Assembly: GCA_964200185.2 (NCBI GenBank) | Contig: CAXNAD020000004.1 | Location: 1-64,000 of the forward strand | DNA: 64,000 nt | Origin: Choristocarpus tenellus KU-1152 | Taxonomy: Eukaryota > Protista > Phaeophyceae | Reading direction: 5' to 3' | Shown: in pieces, positions 54,201 through 64,000 of the stretch | Layout: every line of letters begins with the position of its first letter | How positions within the stretch are numbered: the stretch's first letter is position 1 | The notes under the pieces: generated by a model | The model's input: only the letters and a program-made list of their open reading frames with translations | Told to the model about the DNA's origin: nothing | Databases searched by the model: none | Made by a program: the position numbers and the translations under genes

Positions 54201-54812
54201 ATGATCTCTTACCGTTACAACTATAAAGGTGATGCTGTAGAGGATAGGTTCACCAACATTCACCATGATCTCTTACAGTTACAACTATAAAGGTGATGCT
54301 GTAGAGGATAGGTTCACCAACATTCACCATGATCTCTTACAGTTACAACTATAAAGTTGATGCTGTAGAGGATAGGTTCACCAACATTCACCATGATCTC
54401 CCGTCTACACCTCATCCCAATGGGGCATGACCACATACATACATATGTAGACCATATGTGTACAGTCATGCCCTTTGCCTTCTACTTAAATTAGGAGTAC
54501 ATCATGTTGTATCCCAGAGACTAGGTATTCTTTCATTGCCCATCTCATCCCTCACACTGGCTGTGCTCGTCTTTCTATACTTGGGTGCGTGTGTGTCAGG
54601 TACAGCTGGCAGTGAGTGAGGATTGGGATCACCTTCAGTGCTGTCAACCGACCCTAACTGAGAGAGTTGGTAACCCTAACCCTGTGGTGCTGCATGTGTG
54701 CATTTTTGGTGCCATTCTGTTGGTAGTAGTCTATGTCACCAAGGTTGTACATTCAGTATTGGTCAGTTATGTGGGGGGTGGGACAGGGTGGGACAGACGG
54801 CGCTCCCCTTGA
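48283..54812 (+). CDS. Conserved uncharacterised single-pass membrane protein, At5g58100/At3g28720-like family; 5' end uncertain
   Basis: Exons ~48283-49144, 49604-49998, 50422-50514, 51397-52398, 54600-54812, phase-consistent. The motifs CSWVGQGRVLVLDLGS..FG, LPVFVLS, GLAPPHEWWS, DFTWSHGYHPFAPF..VDIAHRN, then CC and a C-terminal hydrophobic helix (VVLHVCIFGAILLVVVYV), recall that family. The family assignment is from memory. An upstream signal-peptide exon may be missing. Confidence 0.75.
54150..54400. repeat. 64-bp tandem repeat, about 3.9 copies
   Basis: Units start at 54150, 54214, 54278 and 54342 and are nearly identical. Confidence 0.95.
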
Positions 54813-57800
54813 CGTCAACCTTGGCAATCTTAGTGTCCATAGAGTGTTTGCAAGAGTTGGTATATTAATTGAGTGCTAGTGGAGCAGAGGTGTGTAGAGT
54901 GTTAGTTGCATGCTCAAGATCATTGAAGTGCTCTCGCAGTTGTAGGTGTGGAAGTACTCTACAAAATTTTCTGTGTTAACTGTTGCCATGCCATTGGGTA
55001 GTGTCGTGGGTCGGAATTGTTCCTGAGTATTATATGTCATTAGCCAAAAAAATATTCAATTAACTGAATTCAGTACATTCCGCCTATGGGTGTGTTTATT
55101 GTGCAAGGTGAGCTGTTGTGTGAAAGATTGAGCATCACGAGGTGACCAAGAGTAAATACTGAGTGCCACAAGGAAGGTAGGTTAATAAGATTGTAGCAAA
55201 TCGTGCAGTGCAAGTAAAATATGTGCGGTAAAACAATGGACCAATCAGAAGGTTTCGATTACGATCTCGTTTTTTCGGCAATTAAACGAAGTGTTCGAAT
55301 CGTCACGATTAAAAAAACTCCACAAATGTTAAATTTCCTTTGTTAATATGTAGTCTGTGGATAATGTAGACTTGGTGTAGATTTTCAATGGTTTCAGATA
55401 CTTTGAATTAGTGATGATGCTGTATTTGGGCATTTTTGTTGGAGTATTTTTTACAGCTAGTATGGATAAGTGTTTTAGTTATCATCAAAAATAAAAGTGA
55501 TGTCTACATCATACAGGGGGCATGTCACTGTTTGCCCTGTTGACTGTGGTGTATCTCATAATAGTACTGTTGTATCCAACCCCTTTTTTACATGGGGTGC
55601 AGTCATTTGTTCTTGAAGGAACAAGAGACACATCAACATGAGCCGATTTAATGAGTAAGGGAAACATACTGGAAGGGTTATTCTTTGAGGGTAAAACCTT
55701 CTGGAGAAGCACATTTTACTATTTTTTCTGGAGGACTTCCTCTGAGCCTGCTATCATCAAACAATGGTACACTTGAAGTGTTACGCCAATCACGACTCAA
55801 ACAAAGTATGCTGGGAGAGGTCTGGCTCAAACTGCAAGCTTTCTTCCTGTGCTTGAGATGCCCCGACTTCCCCTACCTATTCCCCTGCTATTAACACATG
55901 CATGATCCTTTATTCACTCTTGCGGAGCCTCTGTCTTCCTCGCTTTTAAGGTCATTATGTGTGTTCATTTTGAACAACTTTGAAGTTGACATAAGCTGCT
56001 TGTCAGACACCCTGTTTGCACAGCTGACCCATGCTCCTCTCATTGCTGTGTACGTTGAATACTTTGGCCTGGTGGTTGTCAACTCATGTCATCTCATTCT
56101 ATTGAATCAATGTCCAATGTACTTTTTGTCTAAATATAATAATACACAAAGGCAAAAAAGCATGATAGTCTCAATCGATTACGTTGGCAGTACATGTAAC
56201 ATAAAGTGTAACCTAAGGCACAGGTAAGGGGCCAAAGTAAACCAGAGGTATCCAGGATTAGACTGATTGCATTTTATACGTGTTATTCAATATTTTTCTA
56301 TTCGTCCATATTTCTATGAATGAAGTTCTAAGCTTGGCCTGAGAGCATTTACTTCTCTATTGTTTGAAAACCTTCTGATACAATTCACAAAATATCCTAT
56401 ACATACTTTTTAAAAGCTGACTTTTGTACATATTTGTCAGCATCCATAAAATGAAACTCTGTGTACCTCTCATTTACTTTGACTGAAAGGCATTGATAGT
56501 TGTGCACAACTACTTTCATTATCACTTAAAGTTCTAATAATATGGTGCACCCACTCCAGCGGGATATTCCTTGTGAGTAAATGTTTGCTATAAATTGTGC
56601 AGAAAAACGATCCGACAAGGAGATTTGGGGTCAGAACTGACTGGACATGTGCTTGAGTGACATCTGCCTCTGTGCCCTAAATGAACAAACTGTTGGTAGT
56701 GTTTGGGCATGAGACAAAAGAGCCCCATTAAAAAGGAAAGAGCAACTAAGGGATGACCTAAAGTCTCATGAAAGTGAGCAGACAGAAGGCATTTTTTTGT
56801 CAACTTGGAGAGGTAACAATATCAGCAGCAGTCTACGAGGGACAACTCACATAAACGTCGAAGTGTCATCTCAAGTGCTCTGGAGTACTTTGGGTGATGC
56901 TTGCAGAGGCATCACCTCATTAACAGCTTCTTTCGAGGCTTCAAATTCTACCTTCCTGGAAAACTACTTTATTTTGTGTTACGGTGGATGGCACGAAACA
57001 TTAAAAATGCGCTTCTTCTCACATATTTTCATCCCTGTATCTCCTCTTTGGTCAGTGTTGACCGCCGCCTGTGGACCAATTTGTTCATGGTGATTTTGAC
57101 CCTTGCAAGGAAATCCGATCCAACATTATTCATAACCAACACAATTACCAAGACGCACTATACGCAAGATAAAGACACAAAACAAACTCAGCAGGTCGAG
57201 GGTGGTTCTTCTCCTACATGAGGAGGCCAAACACACACCACAATCCCTCTATTGTAGTTCAAGGCTATTGTTGTTGTGGATGTGCTCCTCATTGGCCATC
57301 ATGGAGTGGTGTTCCATTCCAGCCCTCTTAACATCTCGACCTCACTGGGGGATTGCAGTACTACTTGTAGTTAGCCTGCCCAATACAAGAAGAGGTCGAT
57401 GATGGAGTGGTACCGAATACAACATGCCTAGTGGACTGCTTTATGGTTCTATCTTATTACAAACAGGTTATTGTCTTGCCTGGTTGCACCAAATAGAAAA
57501 CTCCAAAGTCCTGTGAAAGGACATCACATGTCGCCTCCACAGAAATTTGATTCGAGAGGAAAGTCGTTCAAGAGTCAACACAAACAATTCAATATTTTCG
57601 ATGTAACCACTAAATATTGGCAACATTATATTTTATCGGGAAAATTACGAACAAGCAAACGAAAGAAAGAGATACAGCAGATCTAGAGATATTCCCCTGT
57701 GACAGAAGGGTAAGTACTCGCATCACCAATCCCTCAACTCTCTGCCAATCAGATTATATATACTATTACGTGCAAGATATATTCAAAGCATCAATGAGGT

Positions 57801-58635
57801 CGAAACTGATGAAACGCCATCCTCAAATCATTTTTCAACGTCATAGTCGTTTGATCCGTTTGACACTCCGCAATTGTTGGCCATCTGCAGTCCCCCAAAT
57901 CCTTATCTTCTTGTACACGCATACATAATAAGTCCTGCTACAATTTGGACAAACTGTTCGAAATGGGTAAAGCGCGAGGCACATTTTCTGAACAGGCGGG
58001 AAGGCGTGATTTAACCATGGCGCCAGCTACTGGCTCCTTCGGTGACCTACCTAGGCAAGGACGATCAACATTGCACATTCTCTTCAAGAACAATACCATA
58101 TCAAATACTATTAGTAACAAACTGCACCTCCTCTTTTCGCATGTGTGGCTCGAACAGCGCATTTAGCAATATATTTGAGGTATGAAGTGGAGTTCTAGAA
58201 TGAAGTAGACAATAACAGATTAAACCGAGCTCAACTCCCATCATTTCCACGCAATATTTGATGTCAGGGAGGATTCGAGCCATTCTCACGTTGGATCCGA
58301 CAGCAGGGATAGAGGATCCACTCTGAACGTCTTTTCGCATCTAGGCCAGGGTGCATTTGCAGATCCCTTTCAGAGGGAGGGGGCCGCCATCGTGGCTCCC
58401 AGGAACTTTTACGGACCTGCTCCGGAAAGTTTCTCCAGGTTTCATGTTCTTCCCTGGGGTAACTCTTGGTATATTGGAACAAGTCGTAGCATGGTCTTTT
58501 CTTGATTAGGCGAAACCTCGATGCTAGGGTTTAAGTGTAAGAGGTGCCACCACTGAAAATAGAGACTAGGGGTAGCTCACGTTTGAATAAATATCATCAT
58601 TCCCTCAAAAAGCAGGCCGCAAGCAAAATCCTGAA

Positions 58636-61600
58636 ATGGTGAGGCCTCGGGCTAAGACATGGAAGTGGATGCTTCAGGGCTCAGATAGATAGGTAGGTAT
58701 TTCGATGAGCCATTTAGATCCAATGTAAGTTCTCCCTAGGGGAAAATTTACAGTGGTCGAAGAAATACTTTATGAAGGTGTATTCTGATATACTATTTTC
58801 TTGATTAGTCGTACCCTGGTAATATAAATAGTGACACCTGTGTCCTGGTAATGTTTGCCCCCTGTGTGCTTAAGATCAAACACCTTCCCACGGAAGCAGT
58901 TGGTGTGACATTATACCACGCCCATGCACACCCCAAAGTGATGAGAAATTGTGATGCCAAAAATGATGGGGTGACTATGAGTATGCCGGATACGGTTCAA
59001 ATGCCCAATAGAATATATGAGGAGCACTCACCCATGACTATGCACTGGACCTGTGCCCTCAGACAAAATCGATCTGGAGGACGGAGGTTTTTAGCCAGTG
59101 CTGGGGCACAAGCTATGGGCGAGTCCCCCATTGGAAATCAGGTATACAGTGCCCAAGCCCTCGAAGTTCAAAAGTGCTTCATAGCTTCTCATATTGAATC
59201 ATCACAGTGTGATTGATACCCTCCAGACTTCCTCCCTATCATGTCACACTCAAAGAAACATTTGATAGCAAAAATGCTCTTTGAAGGAATGTTTTTGGTA
59301 CAAAATAGTCCACACTTGACTATGAAGAGCTTGTACAAAGATAAAGAAAAAACAATCCCCTTGCTTCAGTATACTAGCAGCTTTGTGTTTTTCACCTTCA
59401 TTGGAGTACCAAGTAGTGCAACATGGGATCAGAAAAATGGTTTGGTTCAAAACAAGGATTCGATATTAGGAAATGCTCCACATTCCTAATTGAAGAATAT
59501 CTAAGTGTTCTTGTACTTTGAGGAAATTTCCTTACAACAAGAAATAGTGTACATACATTTTTGGTGCTCATACTGGCTACTGGCCCTAACCCTTCATCAG
59601 TATCATCTTCGTAAGAAAGAAAAAATTATGTTGATAACATCGAATGGGTGCATAGGAGACTGGTTGAAAATCTACTTTCAAAACCAACAGAAAGCTAAGA
59701 TTATACATTGAGCCTATAGGATGGATTGACTTTGAGCTCGTCACCACTCCTTCAATCTCACTACACTATACACTATGCCTATACTCGGTAGTAGATAGTC
59801 ACCTCTCATACATAGGAGTAAATATTTTTGTTTTGTGCGAAAATAACGGCAATGAGTTCAACCCTACCCTAACCCTAAGCAAGATACACACTATACTGAG
59901 TAGACATAATGACGCCTGGTCCTGCTACTACAGGTGTACAACCAATACGTGCAGCTATTACATGATATGTAACTCAGTGTAAATATAGCCGGCACTTCAA
60001 AGTAGTTCTCAGTAAATACAATTATTACTTGAAGTATTATTCATTATTATATCTACTAATTTTTTCTCAGGAGTACATATTCTAGGGGTGCATGTATGAC
60101 TTGGGGCTTTGGCTCATCAGACCGAAAACAATGTGTATGCTCATCAGGGTATTGCTACTCAATTGTGCCAATGGCTCCCACTAACCTCCCTACAAGGTAG
60201 TGTTCCTAAAGAACAAGAGGAAAGAGGTACCGGGAGTGTTCACTGGATTGAGAAAAATCAAAATAGTACTCAAGGACATGATCACACCGTATTCCTATAC
60301 GTCAGATTGATACACATTACCTCATCATATATGTGTGTATGTGTGTGTTTTGTAATGTTTTTATCAGACTATCTCAACACACATGAGAGGACACAGCTGG
60401 GGGGGTGGTCTATCCTCTTCTGTCAGTCAAGCACTCACATGGGGCTCTCCATCAGGCAACAATCAAGTCACCCCAACAGATTCTTATTACAGGAGGAACC
60501 GTGGTGAAGGGGGCTTTTCAAGGGATGAGAGGTCAGAGGGGTCTGTCTCTATTGTCCACACTACACACACGTACTATGTACAACTAATACACCTAGCCGA
60601 ATAACCCTCACTGTATGATAATGCCAATATTAGGTGCATAAGGATAGTACTTGGAATATTCTTACATATTCTTCCACTGCCAAAGTTTGTACTTTTGAAG
60701 TAAGAAGTACAATTCTAGTGCGAGGCTGTGTGTTACCATGCGGTAGAGTGTTGGTCATTCTGAGTAGAATTGTTAGCTGTTTATCTCCAGACATGTACAG
60801 ATTAATGTTTCATTACTGTAGAGATATTGTTGTGATAGAACAAAGCCATCAATATACTCTCAGTCCAATCAATAGCCAAATCAAAACCGTACTATATTGG
60901 GGTTTGTACCTTGGGAATCCTTTCCCTCTAGCAGTTAGCAGTTGTAAAGTTAGGACTGGACAGACTTAACAAGGAGAGAATAGAAAGGTGTGTGTGTATT
61001 TATATATATGTTGTAGGGTGTGTTGTGGGTGCAGAGTTGGGGTGGTAGTTCATATTCATGCCGGAATGCCATGCAGGGTGAAGGCTAGGATTATATGAGA
61101 TTGTTTTGACTGACCTTTTAAGCCAATGTTACCTCTGCCACAAGTAAAGCAGGGCAGACTTAAAAAGTGGTTACCAGTTGATGTACTTTCTTTCCGCGTC
61201 CAAGACCTTTACCTATTATATTATTTAGAGCCAAAGTATCTTAGAGGGTAGAAGATACTTTCACTCTTACCTGAGTGCTACCACAGGGCCTATTTTCAGG
61301 CAAGGTGGACAAAAGATCTCTTCTACTCAGATTATGGACTAAAATATAGAGGTTGACTCTTGGATGCAATACAGTATTTCTCTTTTGAAATTTAGACTTA
61401 CATTTGCCTCATCTTTGTCTGCATAACTGAATGTATCACATACCAACACTTGAATCCATTGCACCTAATGATTGCTTCAGCTGTGGTCGCCTCAGTAGAA
61501 GTGGCAGCAAGATCATTGCTCGTGTACACTCTGAGCCATCCCAAGTGGGCACCAACAGGAGGATCTCACCAACAGAAAGTACTTCAGGGATTCGATCAGA

Positions 61601-61970
61601 AGGGGGTCTGCCCCTAAGGTCCAGAGGTTCGACACCATCTCCTGTGTACAACTCCAGTCCGATTGAGCATGGTGAATACAATCCACAAACCAAGAGAACA
61701 AACTCCCCTAATGGAAGTGGAAATTTTCAGGGTGACGAAGAGTGCATTGCCAGGAGCACGCCCAGAAGCAGCACAGGAGGAGGGGTGGGTAAGCTGCCTC
61801 CAGTGTACGCCCCATTCTGTGGGGGGAGGGAAAGTGTTCGCTCGTCCAGTGTGTCTTCCAATGTGTTTGCAACAGGGGGCAACCAGAACATCGGGAATAT
61901 CTTGACAGACAGACCAATCTCAAGGGTGCTTGCTCCTCCTGGTGGGCACACCACAATAAAACTGGGATAG
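58636..61970 (+). CDS. SPIRAL1-like small microtubule-associated protein
   Basis: Exons 60368-60531 and 61481-61970 join in phase (AG|C). The start is either an ATG-only exon at 58636-58638 (gaaATG|gtgagg) or the ATG at 60383. The N-terminal MRGHSWGGGLSSS and C-terminal SSNVFATGGNQNIGNILTDRPISRVLAPPGGHTTIKLG* resemble the SPR1 motifs MGRGxSxGGGQSS and GQNxGNFxTDRPSTKVHAAPGGGSS. Confidence 0.7.
61228..61266. mobile_element. 39-bp TIR-only derivative of the same MITE family
   Basis: GAGCCAAAGTATCTT-AGAGGGTAG-AAGATACTTTCACTC flanked by TTA/TTA. Shares AAAGTATCTTAGAGGGTA with 7351-7368. Confidence 0.6.
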
Positions 61971-64000
61971 GAGTGGGAGATGCAGACTTGGGCAGCTATT
62001 GCTAGGTTCCTATTGCTTTGTCACCTTACACATCAACATTGATGGGCGTAGGCAATGTGTGTTGTGTTTGATGACAATGTGTGTTTTGTGATTTGCTAAC
62101 ATCATTGACAATGTGTGTTTTGTGGATTGCTAACATCATTGAAAATCTATTCTCCAGCCATGCTGTGCCAAATGAGTGACCAGGTTAGGACATGCATAGT
62201 CCAGTACATATCAACGCATTGAGATGTAAACACTTCTTAGATCTTGTCTGGGGGGAGACAAGGATCAAAAACAAGAGTGATAAAATACTTAAAAGTTTGC
62301 AGGAAGACACTCTTGATGGCATTCCATGACATTCACCATCACCAGCAGGAGAGGCACCTCACACATTGCTCTTGTGCTTCGGAGGATTACAGTACACCAT
62401 GATGACCTGGTACAACTGTATCAACATCAGCAGTAGTAGTAGATTCGCATTGTTAATTGATTCCCCATTAAACAAAAAATAAAATGGTAGGGGAAGGAAG
62501 TCATTTAAACAATGCAACTTTTCAGTCCAATTTTTCACTGCCTCTTTGGTGGGAAATTCAGGGCACTGCAATTGACTACCTTATAATACTGATAGGACTT
62601 ACCAAAGCTGTGTTGCAGTTTGTTTTGTTGTTGGTTCATTCACCACCTCAAGAAAGAGGCAGGGTATACAAAAGTATATCACACTGATCATTGCACAAAA
62701 AATGGTCCCTTGTATGGAAAACAGGCCGCAGCATCAGAAAACGCCTCTTGAACCACCCCCCAAGGTAATGGTATTTCACATAGATCCAGATCCAACAAAA
62801 ACTGTGTGTGTGGGCAAGTCAATCTCTCGACAAGGGGGTTGGCGGGGTTAGTTGAAATAGAAATGATTGGGGAATCGACTTGATCCTCCTCTACTGGATT
62901 GGATAGGATAGGGGCGGGACATATAAGCTACATTTGAGTGAGCCAAGAGTTTAATCAAGTATTTGGACACCACCAGACCTTGGACATATCTGATCAAGCA
63001 ACTGGTACTTGAAGCACTGAGAAGCTAGGTCATTACACACGACTCAATTTACACCCCCTTCATAGCTTCCATGTTTTGCTGGAATTTTATTAGGGTATAA
63101 TGTCACACATGCAGCTTTGCTATTAAACACACTGTTGTAACTCCAAAAGTTTCAACAGACTATTGTCAGGGTGCTACTTGCAACAGTGACATGATAGCAT
63201 GACAAATCTAGTCACGGCTATGCTCAATTACGATAAGAAGGTTCCTCTTGCATGGAGTAGCCATATCAAAATTGAACAATAGAAGTGTATGGAACGTATC
63301 TTACAGTTTACATCCCTTACTAAAGTGGCTAGGAAAAGGTCCTGATTGCTTGCACATTGGGATAATGCACCTACAGATAGCAATGATGCCCAGGCCGTCA
63401 ATGCAGGCTTGTTGCACTAAACACATGCGTATGTGAATGTATCCTGGCATATCTACAAGAGCCATATTCATAGGCATAATAACTATCGCAGAAAAGAAGT
63501 ACAACAGCAAGAAACACTCAAGTCCGTAACAAAGTAGTGGATAGCTCATGGCTACCTGCTGTTGCCTTTAGGGTAACAATGTAACGGGCACTTGGAAAAA
63601 GAAACACCTTCGAGTTATGACGCTACACCACAACCCAAGTGATTCCCTTTGCCTGAAAGAGACAAACAATATTTCGCGTTCCTCTGTGGGATTCCAACAC
63701 CTCTTTTGATTCTTTCCACTAGATCGCCTCCGACCACAAAGCATGCTACACTCTGCACATTGCCAACCCAGTCATTGCACCCCAAGTCCATCAGCTTTTC
63801 CCATCGCCCATGCTCCCACCGAATAGCCGACTCCATTCTATTTTCTTTCTTGCTGCCAACCATGCACGCTTCCCATCCTCAGGCGTGTCCATCCCATCGG
63901 TCTTGACAGTATTAGCCTCTCTCAACGCTTCCAGTTGTTCACTTCTTTTATCCAACTCCTGCTGAATCTGAGTAGGAGTTGGTACAGCGAAAAATAAGAA

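Noticed and set aside
54150-54400. CRISPR-like periodicity, also considered for 27999-28217 and 5225-6151
   Set aside because: Whole units repeat with no unique spacers, there are no cas genes, and the context is a eukaryotic intron.
55500-58500. Possible decayed transposase or pseudogene fragments (e.g. WVSCANRVSD)
   Set aside because: Only vague hAT-like resemblance, with no continuous frame or termini; needs tBLASTx.
60121-60148. Possible micro-exon TENNVYAHQ in the SPR1-like gene
   Set aside because: It ends in phase 1 and would shift the next exon out of the motif-bearing frame into a stop.
10055-61970. Functional clustering of microtubule-tip genes CEP104 and the SPR1-like gene
   Set aside because: They are over 22 kb apart and separated by three unrelated genes; co-location is probably chance.
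62300-64000. Short ORFs at the right end of the window
   Set aside because: No recognisable product or supported exon structure.

Overview
Eukaryotic, intron-rich nuclear DNA with no prokaryotic features. Gene content (ciliary CEP104), long GT-AG introns and pervasive TTAGGG/CCCTAA motifs suggest a flagellated stramenopile, possibly a brown-algal lineage; this is inference. Six spliced genes were reconstructed by hand with phase-consistent splice sites: legumain/asparaginyl endopeptidase (+, 9 exons), CEP104 (-, 19 exons over 26 kb), a FYV7/TAP26-like rRNA-processing protein (-) head-to-head with ARFRP1 (+), an At5g58100/At3g28720-like membrane protein (+), and a SPIRAL1-like protein (+). The non-coding DNA carries a PIF/Harbinger-like MITE family, many mini- and microsatellites, a probable LINE relic and one assembly gap. 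The most interesting signals are: dozens of 2-5-unit telomeric insertions, two with insertion footprints; CpG-island-like gene starts versus CpG-depleted gene bodies; frequent AAG acceptors plus one GC donor; orphan exon-like islands; and a perfect 25-bp hairpin. I found no clear multi-gene novel system. The telomeric-insertion and methylation architecture is the best candidate for something new.
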